64,000 nucleotides of DNA from NCBI RefSeq assembly GCF_006345805.1, contig NC_043023.1:21267140-21331139 (forward strand). Reading direction: 5' to 3'. This document shows, piece after piece, positions 52,255-64,000 of this stretch. The notes beneath the pieces were generated by a model. That model did not search any database, had not been told where the DNA came from, and saw only the letters and a program-made list of their open reading frames with translations. Each line of letters starts with the position of its first letter. The stretch's first letter is position 1. Origin of the DNA: Octopus sinensis. Taxonomy: Eukaryota. The position numbers and the translations under genes were made by a program.

Positions 52255-52374
52255 CAACGCATGTTCTCCCATTGAAACGGAAACCTCGACGACAGAAACA
52301 TCTGTAGGATCCTGGGGTGTTGATGCATCTCCCGTATCTTCCGCACACATACTTCCATCTGCACTCGTTTCTGT
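52255..52374 (-). CDS. EMI-EGF protein, EGF2 (cbEGF-like)
   Basis: (Y)[39 protein letters not shown]; TTTCCAG / GTAAGT; 120 nt, phase 1-1. Confidence 0.92.
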
Positions 52375-52417
52375 CTGGAAAAGTAAAACAAATTCATTGC
52401 ATGGATGTAACACTTAT

Positions 52418-52940
52418 GTATCATCATCATCACCATCCTCATCATAACCATCATCATCATCATCGTCGTCATCATCATAATCATCATCATCATCACCACT
52501 ACCACCACCATCATCATCTTCATCATCATAATCATCATAATCATCATCATCATAACCATCATCATCGTCTTCGTCATCATCATCATCATCACCACCACCA
52601 CCATCATCATCTTCATCATCATTATCATCATCATCATCAACATCCTCATCATTACCATCATCATCATCGTCGTCATCATCATCATCACACCACCATCACC
52701 ACCATCATCATCATCACCACCATTATCATCATCATCATCATCCTCATCATAACCATCATCATCATCTTCATCATTATCATCATCATCATCATCATCACCA
52801 TCATCTTCATCATCATATCATCATCATCATCATCACCACCATCATCATCATCATTATCATCATCATCATAACCATCACCACCATCATCTTCATCATCATA
52901 ATTATCATCATCATCAGCAGCAGCATCACCACCATCATTA
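52418..52940. repeat. Degenerate (CAT)n microsatellite
   Basis: Direct inspection; intronic. Confidence 0.95.
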
Positions 52941-53095
52941 TTGATATTGATGTTTTGGTTGGTGTTATTCTTCAGGTGGTACGCTGGGAGGATTGTAACA
53001 AAAACCACTGAAACAGTGGCGGGAGGGGAGCGATGTGATCGACTATCCCCCACCGCTAAAATTTCAGGCCTTCTGCCTACAGTAAAAGGGATTAA

Positions 53096-53150
<55 letters not shown>

Positions 53151-53660
53151 GAGAGAGAGAGAACAGTACTTGTCATCAAAGTGACACTAGGGTAAAATAT
53201 ACGAAGCCCAGTATACCCATCATGACTACCCGTTTGATAAGGGTATACTAGGCACATGTTTCACAACCACATGTGTGCCACATGATGATCTCATTTCAAG
53301 ATAAACAGCACATGACCTTGCAGGTGGGGCCCAGTTGGAAATGTCTTCAGTTGGAGTAGCCCATCCCGCTCAAAACGTCCCTAAATAAATTGTTTAAGGA
53401 TGTTGAACAAACCACCCATGTTTCCAAAGGTGAATTATCCAAACCTCCAAGAATGCCTCTCAACACGTGGCTATGATGCTCCCCCACTACTTCTGCTCAT
53501 GATCAGAGATGCACAAATCGTCAGCCACTAAGGGACATGCTCAAACTGGTTAAGGTCAAACAAATGACAAGCAAATCTGTTGTACTGAGCAGAATATGTG
53601 CTGCAGCCCAAAACTTCGAATCAGTTAAGATCAGAAACCATGAAAGCCACTGTGGGGCAT
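53151..53660 (-). mobile_element. (TAA)n-tailed retroelement 3' end, longest copy
   Basis: Same family as 49126-49445. Confidence 0.75.
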
Positions 53661-53699
53661 TTATTATTATAATTGTTATCATTATTATTATTATTGTTA

Positions 53700-53752
<53 letters not shown>

Positions 53753-53786
53753 GTTGTTGTTGTTGTTGTTGTTGCTGTTGTAGTTG

Positions 53787-53822
<36 letters not shown>

Positions 53823-53901
53823 TATTATTATCTCCCAGCCAATTGCTTATAGATATACGTGTGTATATTGTTCTTGTAGCTGCTGTTTGTCCTTTACTTA
53901 C

Positions 53902-54021
53902 AAACACATGTTCTTCTATTGAAATAATAGCCCCGTCTGCAGTAACAAGTAAAAGAGGTTCCTCTCCTGACGCATCTACCATTCTTCCCGCACCGATTCC
54001 ATCTGCACGCTCCTCCGACGG
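53902..54021 (-). CDS. EMI-EGF protein, EGF1
   Basis: AVGGACRWNRCGKNGRCVRRGTSFTCYCRRGYYFNRRTCV; TTTCCAG / GTAAGT; 120 nt, phase 1-1. Confidence 0.92.
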
Positions 54022-54086
54022 CTGGAAAGCAGAACAGAAATAACACAATTATATATAACAATCAGAATCCTTTCAACATCATCATT

Positions 54087-54124
<38 letters not shown>

Positions 54125-54379
54125 AATTATCATCGTGGTCGTCGTCGTCGTTAGCAGAATCGTTTGCACGACGGTAAAAATGTTTGGCGGCATTTTGTCC
54201 GTCTTTACATTCTGTGTTCAAATCCGCCTTTCTTTCAGGGTCAAGAAAACAAATTTATTGCGCTTAATTGCATGTATATAAAACAGATGCATTATTTGGG
54301 GTTGGGTCAATGTAATAAGCACCAGTTATACACTGAGGTCGATGTAATCGACTAGTCCCCTTCTCCAAAATTTAGTGAA

Positions 54380-54430
<51 letters not shown>

Positions 54431-54613
54431 GAGTGAGAGAGCAGTGCATGTTACAAAGTGACACTGGGATAAAATATACGAAGCCCAGTATACCCATCAT
54501 GACAACCCGTCTGATAACGGTACACCAGGCACATGCATCACAACCATATATGTGTGACATGGGGATCTCATATCAAGATAAACAGTACATGACCTTGCAG
54601 GTGGGGCCCAGTT
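54431..54613 (-). mobile_element. (TAA)n-tailed retroelement 3' end
   Basis: Same family as 49126-49445. Confidence 0.75.
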
Positions 54614-55217
54614 ATAATATTTTGTACCATACTCATCATCATCATCATCATTGTGGTTGTTATTATTAAGGCGGTGAGCTGGCAGAGTCGTGAAAACGCC
54701 GGACAAAATTCTTAGCGTTATTTCGTCGTAACGAGTTCAAAATCTGCCAATGTCGACGTTGGAATCCATCGTTTCGGAGTCGATGAAATGAGCACCATTG
54801 AAATATTAGGCTCAATGTAATCGACTGACCCCCACCTGACCCTAAAATATCAGGCCTTTTGCCTATTGTAGAATAAGTTAGATGCACCATGTTCTTTTAA
54901 CAGAAGTCAGACCTTTCTCAGCTCAGTTGCTGTGGCAAAGGGATTACATACATCAAAATGCACTCCATCTGATCAAATATGGTGGAAGGAAGACGAGACG
55001 ATACGACGCTCATTTGCATATATTACAATATAAAACAGGAAAAATAAAATGGAAGAAATAGCGATGTCTTTCTTCAAAGGATTGTGATACGAAAGAAAAA
55101 GGAAATTTGAAACGAGACCATTGGATGTCATATTTGGATATAAAATAGAAAATATCAAGAAAATATTAGGCCTTATCTACACATAACATCCGGAGAGAAC
55201 TGAACACATGTTCTTAC

Positions 55218-55294
55218 CTCTGCACCTTCCAGGCGTGCCGGTCCATCCTCTGCAGCATCTGCGACAGGTTGTAAGGATTCTCCTGGAAGCTGTA
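55218..55294 (-). CDS. EMI-EGF protein, exon 3 (TASRRILTTCRRCCRGWTGTPGRCR)
   Basis: TTAACAG / GTAAGA; 77 nt, phase 2 to 1; CCxGW motif typical of the EMI domain end. Confidence 0.88.
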
Positions 55295-55477
55295 CTGTTA
55301 AATGAGAGAAGGATAGAATAAAAGGATATATAACCAGAAGGATATATAACACAATGATGGTAAGTTCAGACAACCACACAAACACATACATACACACATA
55401 CAAGTTACACTTTCAGAATATACGACTGTGTAGTCTGAAAATGCGATTATCCTAAATAAAGTGCTTTTCACATTGAA

Positions 55478-55558
55478 GGCTCTGATGAAGCTAGAGCATG
55501 ATATCCTGGTACTCAACTAATCCTCCACCACAACCTACATCAGAAACAGCTGTTAGCC
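55478..55558 (+). ncRNA. Degenerate hammerhead-like motif
   Basis: GGCT-CTGATGA...GAAAC(AGCT)GTT/AGCC; stem I and palindromic stem III present, stem II unpaired. Confidence 0.35.
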
Positions 55559-55814
55559 AATGAAGTGCGTTACATAACCTTTGTTTTTGCCGGTGCCATT
55601 TCTTTGCTTTCTCTTACCATTTTACACTTATCTACAATTGAATTCTGGATCACACCTAGATTGAGTTCTACACCATATTGTTATTTTCGCTATGCCCAAG
55701 CGAAATATTAAGATATTAATGTGCGAGGGTAATGAATACTTTGTCATCGGTGGATGCCGTAATATTGAAAGTTTACTCTGTATAGAAAATCCGGAAAGGT
55801 GGCTTCGTATTTAC

Positions 55815-55907
55815 CGGTATTTTGTACACCGTCTCAAAAACCAGCACCAGCTTCTTCGGGCCCTTTTGTAGGTCACGGTTTTATAACATCTCACTCGACA
55901 TATTCCC
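55815..55907 (-). CDS. EMI-EGF protein, exon 2 (GICRVRCYKTVTYKRARRSWCWFLRRCTKY)
   Basis: Long pyrimidine tract + CCAG, GTAAAT donor; 93 nt, phase 2-2; frame fits both neighbours. Confidence 0.88.
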
Positions 55908-56049
55908 CTGGAAAAAAAGAAAGAAGGAATATATAAGTGTGTGTGTGTGTATAAATATATATACATATACATATAAACGCATATAACACTATAAAAATAA
56001 AATCCCTTGAAGGAATGGGTGGGGGGTTCCAGAGATATAAAAAGACGAA

Positions 56050-57830
56050 TATACAAAGAACTGACTTGCGATCGCCTTGGAAACAAGGCCACTACTCAAC
56101 GACATTAGATCACTAAGTGTCGATGTAATCGCCATCAGTGAAACTAGACTTTCCGACCGACATGCTTTCTTGCCATCTTTCGCGGGATACGAGAAGTATT
56201 TATCTCCATGTCAACCGGGAATCGGAGGTTGAACGGCGGCGTTGATCCGTAGGGGCATGGATCTCAACATAAGGACTATCTTCCTGGATCCAGAAGGAGA
56301 GATGATGGTCCTGGATGCGAATTGTAGTGACGGGGGTACTTACAGACAGGTACCTGTTTATACTCCGATAGAAGCAGGGAAGCCGTATATCTTCAGACAT
56401 CGAGAGGTATTCCTAGGAATGCCTCGAAATTTAGAGTTAGTGGGCAACTGGTACGGTGCCTTAGAGATACAATTGGACTGTGTGGGTCTAGCGAATAGAA
56501 AGCGGATGGTAAAAGCCTGTATGGGGTCAACCAGGTCGTATTTTGATGAGGAACGGGGTTCTATAGGCAAGTAGATTAACGTTAGTAGAAGTTGTTAACC
56601 TAGATAGGCTTAGAAGGCAGGGATCCGGTTACTGGAGGCTGAAAGCGTTGCTCCCAAAGTGCCAATCCAACAGAGACCGAATTAGACAATTAACTAAGAT
56701 GGCGTTGATGGGGCTAATCGTCAACAACAAATGATGGTTGGCGTTAGGTAGGTTTATTAAAGCATTAGTGGTAGAGATGGATAAAACAGAAGGGAATTTA
56801 GTCAGTAACTTCGAAATGGCGCTTTGGAAGAACATTGCAGCTGACCTGCTTGCTGCAAGATTAGCTCTGGACCATTTGCTCAAAGATAAACACGAAGGTT
56901 GCCTTGTCAGATCTAAGGTGCACTCTGTAAGAGAAGAGGGAAGGAAAGCCCCATAATGGGGGTCGAATGACAGACGCACAACGTCAAAGCAAAGTCACTA
57001 TTCAGTCTTTGGTGGACCAAAATGGGCGCAAGGAACTCCAACCGGAGAAGATGTGTGAGGTATTTCAAGATCCCTTTGGCAAATGTGTGGAACGTAAAGA
57101 TATCCAGAACGTAGGATGAACAAACGGATTAAGTCGATTATATCGATCCCAGTGTGTTACTGGTACTTATTTAATCGATCCCGAAAAGATGAAAGGCAAA
57201 GTCGACCTCGGCGGAATTTGAACTCACAACGTAACGGCTGTCGAAATACCGCTAAGCATTTCTCCCGTCGTGCTAACGATCCGCCTTTGTTTGACAGCCT
57301 TCTAGTAGATCTGCCAGAACTGCTACCGTAACTGGTACCAGAACAGGCCATTTCCCAATTCTGTGAGTCTAGGAGCGGTGGCACTGCTAAAAATGGACCC
57401 AAACAAGGGAGATGAAATAGAAAACTAGGTTCATAACGCTGCTGAACACAGACATCAAACTTTCGAGCAGGCTGTTAGCAAAGGGGTCGGCGCTTATCAT
57501 CGAAGAACTGCTCCCACTTGGAGGACGGATTCGGATTTCAGCTAAGTTATTGGTAAGGATCAGCCCGCTGCTTTCTTCCAACCGGGAGGGACAGGCATCT
57601 TTGCTTAGTCTAGTGGCCATAGCGAAAGAGGTTGCCTGGTGGACCTTGCTGAAAGGGCTGAAGACAGACACTTTCCTCTTTACCCAGAATCTCAAAGTGA
57701 GGGTAAAGAGGGAAGTGCTGCCACCTAGCAATTTTGTTAAAAGATGGGTGAATGTAGCTCGAATGGCCCTAGTGAATGGTCTTTCTAGAAGTACGCGCCT
57801 GTACATTAAGGGCACATGAAGTGAAGAGAG
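56050..57830 (+). mobile_element. Tx1/L1-like LINE, internally deleted and decayed, with a SINE C insertion at ~57110-57276
   Basis: VDVIAISETR, FLDPEGEMMVLD, VGNWYGAL (APE); ITLLNTDIKL (RT start); AKEVAWW..LKGL..FVKRW (C-terminus). Confidence 0.7.
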
Positions 57831-57932
57831 CATACACCCTAGATGTCAGAGTGATCGTTGTTTTTGTGGGGTTTCAATGAGCAGCCCCTTTTGTGTAAAC
57901 CCTTAGTGGCGAAAAAAGAAATTATTATTATT

Positions 57933-58200
57933 GAGTGAGAGAGCAGTGCATGCCATCAAAGTGACACCGTGGTAAAATATACGAAGCTCAGTATACCCAT
58001 CATGACTACCCGTCTGATAAGGGTACCCCAGGCACATGCATCACAACCATATGTGCGGGACATGGTGATCTCATATCAAGATAAATAGCGCATGATCTTG
58101 CAGGTGGGGACCAGTTAGAATTTTCTTCTGGTCGAGAAGCCCATCCCACTCCAAAGTTCACTGAATAAGGGTTGTTTAAGGATGTTGAATAAGGGTTGTT
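57933..58200 (-). mobile_element. (TAA)n-tailed retroelement 3' end
   Basis: Same family as 49126-49445. Confidence 0.75.
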
Positions 58201-58621
58201 TAAGCTATATTTGACCCGTCGCTCCGTTCTGATTTCGAATTCCCCAAAGTGCACTTTGCTTTCTTCCTTTCAACGTCGAGAAAATAACAGACTAGGCTCT
58301 ATGTAATCGACTCGCCCTCACCTCACCCCAAGCTGCTCTTGTGGCAGAAATTTGAAATCACACTAATTATCATTATTATTTGAAACAGTTTTATTTGGGC
58401 CCCTTCAGGTTCGTCGCTCCGTTACAGGAATCTGGCTTGTTGAAGATTGGCGCAACAGAACCAGAATATATCCAGAAAGTTGGTGGAACATCCCAATAGA
58501 ATCAGCAAACAGGATTAAATACAGCGGACCCTATATTGATGCAAGGATCAGGAAAACAAGTCAAGTACTTTTAGGAGAGATCGTCTGCCCAGTCGTATGT
58601 CAATATCTCATCGTATTAAAG

Positions 58622-59010
58622 AAGCGAGCTGGCAGAAACGTTAGCACGCCGGGCGAGATGCTTAGCGGTATTTCGTCTGCCGTTACGTTCAGAGTTCAAA
58701 TTCCGCCGAGGTCGACTTTGCCTTTCATCCTTTCGCGGTCAATAAATTAAGTGCCAGTTACACACTGGGGTCGATAAAATCGACTTAATCCCTTTGTCTG
58801 TTCTTGTTTGTCCTCTCTGTGTTTAGCTCCTTGTGAGTAGTAAAGAAATAGGTATTTCGTCTGCCGTTAGGTTCTGAGTTCAATTTACGCCGAGGTCGAC
58901 TTTGCCTTTCTTCCTTTCGGAGTCGATTAAATATGTACCAGTTACGCACTAGGGTCGATATAATCGACTGGCCCCCTCCCTCCAAATTTCGGGCCTTGTG
59001 CCTCAAGTAG
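58622..59010 (+). mobile_element. SINE family C: head plus two tandem bodies
   Basis: GCGAGCTGGCAGAAACGTTAGCACGCC head; GTATTTCGTCTGCCGTTA unit recurs near 58668 and 58852. Confidence 0.85.
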
Positions 59011-59430
59011 AAAAGAATATCTCATCATATATTAAAGAAAAAGAGGGATCTATGGAGAACTGTTTGAAAAAATACAGTTATGATATACAGGCTATGGGTT
59101 TTCATTTCTACCTACTGACAGAGATGCACTGGGCTAAGTAAAAACAGATCGACATAAAAACTACAAATGCTGGGGTAATTCAGGTACCCTGAGTCCCTTC
59201 TGTTGCAATCGTTAGGGCCAAGCCCCACCTCACCCATTGCTTCCCACATATGCCAGGGGCCCTGAACAGAGCTACGGGCTCAACTCCTCTCTTTTCACTA
59301 AAACACTTAAAACATTCACACGAAGATAGACACGGTCCGATTATTTAATAAGAAAAAAGTAAAAAACCACAAGAAGCCCCGAAGAGGAAAGTGGCGATGT
59401 GAAACCGGGTGGAATGAAGCATTAACTTAC

Positions 59431-60167
59431 CGAGAACTGGACACAGCAAGGCTTTCTCCTTCGGTTGTTGAGTTTCCAGAATCAAGCGTTTCGCTAGAAA
59501 CCGACGTTCCATTATTCAGTAAGAGACTCTCAGTCGCTGCTTCATCTTCACTCTCGGAATCTGCTTCATCCGCTGACTCCTCCAATTCCGCCGACTCGTC
59601 GTCACCCACTGATTGTCCTCCATCGTTTGATTCTTCATCCGCTGACTCGCCTTCATCCACTGACTCGTCTTCGCTCACTGACTCGTCTTCGTTCACTGAC
59701 TCGTCATCACCTACTGATAGTCCTCCATCGTTTGAGTCTTCATCCACTGACTCGCCTTCATCCACTGACTCGTCTCCGTCCACTGACTCGTCATCGTCCA
59801 CCCATAGTCCTCCATTGTCTGAGTCTTCACCCTCTGACTCGTCTTCATTCACTGACTCCTCTCCATCCACTGACTCGTCTTCACCGTCCTCTGACGACTC
59901 GTCATCCACCGGGACTCCGTCCTCCTCTGATTCCTCTCCACCCTCAGACTCTCCTTCATCGCCTGATTCTTCTCCACTCTCTTCTTGCTCTTCATTCTCC
60001 GATGAAACATCATTTACCGACGGGTCTTTGTCGCCTAACGTCACATTCCGCCCTTCACTATTCACTGACGGTCCTTTAGTCACAACTGACCCATTATTCA
60101 CCCGTTGTCCTTCAGTCACCCAAAGACCAACGACGAAAAGAAATAAGAAAAGAACGAGATTCTTCAT
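59431..60167 (-). CDS. EMI-EGF protein, exon 1: signal peptide + Asp/Glu-rich repeat region
   Basis: GCC-ATG start; MKNLVLFLFLFVVGLWVTEG hydrophobic leader; ESVD repeats; ends SSSR at a phase-2 GTAAGT donor (59430). Confidence 0.9.
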
Positions 60168-60407
60168 GGCTGTTGTCTTCTTTTCGGTGCTTCGCCTGTT
60201 TACTGACACACAGACAGCTTCTAATATCAGAAGGAACAGATTTGGTTAGTGCAGAACACAGAGTATAAATGTCTAGAACTTCTTGTTTGAGTTGTCTTGT
60301 CTTGTGGTGGTTCCTGCAGCGCAAAGTCTTCAGTAGCGGGAGTCACAGCAGCAGAGTCCCGTTGCACAATCGGCCTGGCTCTGTCACATCTCGACCAAGA
60401 CACTCGC

Positions 60408-60414
60408 ATTTATA
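60408..60414 (-). promoter_or_regulatory. Candidate TATA box of the EMI-EGF gene
   Basis: TATAAAT ~240 nt upstream of the ATG in otherwise GC-richer sequence. Confidence 0.5.
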
Positions 60415-61002
60415 ACAAATTACCTGCACCCTCCTCTGCAATTCCATTGGCACCAAAGAAGTGTTGATGTCATCGAATCCGGGAGGTGAAATCGAAAACA
60501 ATGGAGTTCCTTTAGCTTCTATTGTCCAGCAATAAGGAAGCAAAACTAATTCATTGTCAGGTAAAAGATGGCCGGTGAGAACAGACAATCACTTATGCAA
60601 AACAAATGCACAAAACAGGAACCACAACCACGACCATCACGGTTAGGTGTGTGTGTGTGTCCAATACACACACACACGTATAAACGAATACAAATAAATA
60701 TGTGTGTGTACGCGTATCGGTGAGTGAGTTTTTGTGTGTGTGTGTGTGTAACAAACTCGTTTTTCGACTTCTTTTGCATTGAAACAATATCGATGCTGTT
60801 TAACTATATTACAATGTTTTCTTGGGAAAGTGTGTTTCCGCCTCTCTCTCTCTCTGTGCGTGTGTGTGTGTAGGTGCATTGTTGCAAGGTGAGTTCCCAT
60901 AGAGCGGTAACTTGTTCAATTGCCTTCAAAGACTGTCTCGGGCTGACGAAAACCTTGACAGTCATTTTCTGACGGAAGCTGAAACGAGCGAGTCATTTAT
61001 AA

Positions 61003-61009
61003 ATATGTG

Positions 61010-61067
<58 letters not shown>

Positions 61068-61202
61068 CATACATATAAAATATATATATATATACACACA
61101 CACATATATATAATATACATACATACATATATAAATATATATATATATATTATATATATATACACATATATATACATATATATATACACACATATATATA
61201 TA

Positions 61203-61242
<40 letters not shown>

Positions 61243-61597
61243 TATATATACATATATATATATATATACACACACGTATATATGTACATATATATCTATA
61301 TACACACATATATATACACATATATATATATATATATATATACACAGACATATATATATATACATATATATACGCATATATATACATATATATATATACG
61401 CATATATATATGCACACATATATATATATACACACTCATATATATATATAGACATATATATACGTATATATATATATACACATATATATATGCACACATT
61501 TATATATATACACACTCATATATATCTATACATATATATATACACACATATATTATACCAATATATATATATATATATATATATTATATACACAGAT

Positions 61598-61628
<31 letters not shown>

Positions 61629-61925
61629 CACGTATATATGTACATATATATCTATATACACAATATATATACACATATATATATATATATATATATACAC
61701 AGACATATATATATATATACATATATATACGCATATATATACATATATATATATACGCATATATATATGCACACATTTATATATATACACACTCATATAT
61801 ATATATAGACATATATATACGTATATATATATATACACATATATATATGCACACATTTATATATATACACACTCATATATATCTATACATATATATATAT
61901 ACACATATTAATATACACATATATA
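61003..61925. repeat. (TA)n/(TACA)n compound microsatellite with internal block duplication
   Basis: Direct inspection. Confidence 0.95.
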
Positions 61926-63810
61926 TAACTTAGAATAACTTAGAAAGGTTTTGGCCAGTATTGGCCCAGGCCATGTCTAACTTATTAGCACTACCTGGCG
62001 AAGTCTTTCAATTCAGGATTTGGGCACCAAGGCCGATTCGAGCAGAGAGTTATTGTTTGCGGAGACATATCCGGGTGTGGGTGGTTTGTCCGAGACTGTT
62101 TGAAGGAATTTGTCCAAAGACTTCTTGAATTTTGTGTGGTCAGTTTCTGTTTTGACGTGTCCTGGTGTAATGTTGAAGAGAGCGGGTCCAATTGAGGTGA
62201 AATAGTTGTGCCCTATTGTCGTTATGTGATGCGATTTAGATTTTTGTTGTGGACGGATGGCACGTGGTCCAAGCCTGGGATGTATTTTGAAGGTGATGCC
62301 AACATCATTCGGACAGTGCTGATGGTTATTTTCCACATCATACAGATAATGTAGCGTTCACGGCGTCGTTGGAGTGAATACGGTTTCAGCTTCTCTAGTC
62401 TACCCCAGTAGTCAAGGTCTGACATGCCATCTATCATTTTTGTGATTGACCTTTGGGGAGCTTCAATTCTCATAATATTTTGTTTTGTGTAGGGAGACGA
62501 CAGTGGACAGCAGCATTCAAGGTGGGGTCGGGCAAAAGTGGAGAAGAGAAGGATAATAGTGTGGGAATGTTCGTCTGGAAGGTTCCGAGAATCCAGGAAC
62601 ACATTCTGCGGGCCATGTCAACTTTGCTGCTTATATGTGTAGCCCAGCTTATGTTGTTGTCCACTGTTACTCCCAAGTCTCTGATGTTGTTGGATGCCAT
62701 GAAAATTTCTCCAGAAGGAAGAGAGTAGGGGAGTTTCAGAGCGTCCTCCCTTCCAAAGTGGATCAGTTCGAATTTGTCTTCATTTAGCAACATGTTATTC
62801 TTTTCCGCCCATTGGACACAGCCAGTAGGTCTGACTGAAGGTTATTCGATCATCCACGCCATTGATGACCTTCTGGAGCTTGGAATCATCAGCGAAGGTT
62901 CTGATGTTACTGTGTTTGATGGTGTCAGTAATATCACTTATGTAGATGATGAAGAGAAGTGGGCCCAACACAGTGCCTTGTGGGACACCACTGCTGACTT
63001 TGGCTGGGCTGGATTTGGCTCCTTCGACTACAACATGTTGGGTTCTGTTAGACAGGAAGCACTTGATCCACTGCAGAAGCTTTCCAGTGACACCAATATT
63101 GGACAGCTTTCTCAGAAGGATCTTATGATCAACCCTGTCAAAGGCCTTGCTGAAATCAAAGTAGATGACATTAGTGTTGGAACCCTCTCCCAAGGCTCTC
63201 AAAATGTCATCAAAATGATGCAGTAGCTGCGTCAGGCAATCTCTCCCATTACGGAATCCATCCTGGTTGGAGTTCAGCATATTATGACTCTCAAGGAAGT
63301 GAGTCATGCGTGATCTCAGCACTCTCTCAAATACCTTAATGATATGAGAGGTGAGAGTGAGATTGGACGGTAATTCACGGCAAGCGATTGTTTCCTTTTT
63401 TGAAAACTAGGACAACAGACTGGGATAGAAGGTCTCTGGTATATATCCAGCATCCAGTGAGTTCCGCCACAGTTTGGCTAGAGGGGTGCAAGTTGGTTTT
63501 GACACATCTTCAAGACACAAGCAGGGAACCTATCGGGACCTACTGCTGAATTATGCTTCATTTCCTTTATTGCTGCTAAGACATCAGGAGCCCCAAAGGT
63601 TATGTCCGATAAAGTGTATTGGGGAGTAACATCACTGATACAGCCCAGATCAGTCATATCAGGATTGCTGAAAACAGAGGCAATATGTTTCTGCAATATC
63701 TCTCCCATGGTTTTGGCATTGTCTTGAAGAGTACCATTTTCATCAATCAGAGGGCCAACAGTAGAACCAGTGACTCTGTGTTTTTTTGCAAATGAAAAGA
63801 ACACTTTGGA
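61925..63810 (-). mobile_element. 5'-truncated CR1-like LINE (RT + 3' end)
   Basis: IYFDFSKAFDRVDH, SGVPQGTVLGPLLF, FADDSK, IRDLGVTVDNN, RPHLE.C, LQRRRERY; short CTAAGTTATT repeated tail. Confidence 0.92.
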
Positions 63811-63824
63811 TTGAGTTTGATCTT

Positions 63825-64000
63825 CTCAATGGCTCAGGCCTCTTCAGCGGTCGGTGGATCGCGTTTCGATTCCCAGACTGGGCGTTGTGTGTGTTTATTG
63901 GGCGAGAACACCTTAAAAGCCGACGAAGCTCCAGCGGGGCTGGTGGCGATCCCTGTTATACTCTTTCGCTCCAACTTTCTCTCATTCTTTCTTCCTGTTT
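63825..64000 (+). mobile_element. SINE family A (head and body, runs off the window)
   Basis: CAATGGCTCAG...GATCGCGTTTCGATTCCCAGACTGGGCGTTGTG. Confidence 0.8.

Noticed and set aside
52251-53257. His-rich and Met/Asp-rich ORFs
   Set aside because: (CAT)n microsatellite inside an intron between in-phase EGF exons.
55173-55403. ORF-track frame QLPGESLQPVADAAEDG for exon 3
   Set aside because: Wrong phase for both neighbours; the Cys-rich frame fits and gives CCxGW.
59234-59297. Possible extra exon EKRGVEPVALFRAPGICGKQW
   Set aside because: 64 nt, phase 2 to 0, breaks frame with exon 2; the gene reads through without it.
60935-60995. CTGACGA...GAAACG hammerhead-like words
   Set aside because: No stem I or stem II pairing in the required register.

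Overview
AT-rich, repeat-dense animal genomic DNA. The microsatellite load and SINE/LINE families suggest a coleoid cephalopod such as Octopus (inference, not checked by search). Two intron-containing genes, invisible or fragmentary in the ORF track, were reconstructed by hand and converge tail-to-tail. (1) Plus strand, 6771-28108: a mind-bomb(MIB2)-like ankyrin + RING-HC protein ending in a Death domain. Its RING-to-Death intron holds five short phase-1 exon copies related to the first Death-domain exon, some intact and some with broken splice sites; the 5' exons were not found. (2) Minus strand, 60167-48158: a secreted protein with a signal peptide, a very acidic Asp/Glu repeat region, then an Arg-rich EMI-like domain and four EGF-like domains. 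Between the genes lies a ~490-bp tandem repeat in which each complete unit carries an intact type I hammerhead ribozyme (a retrozyme-like array with an inverted arm), plus further hammerhead-like motifs of other families. The rest is transposon debris (RTE, HERO/R2-like, R4/Dong, CR1-like, Tx1/L1-like, Penelope-like, Chapaev-like, Helitron, a MITE, three tRNA-derived SINE families) and microsatellites. Family names come from recalled motif similarity; repeat boundaries are approximate, while exon and ribozyme coordinates were counted base by base.
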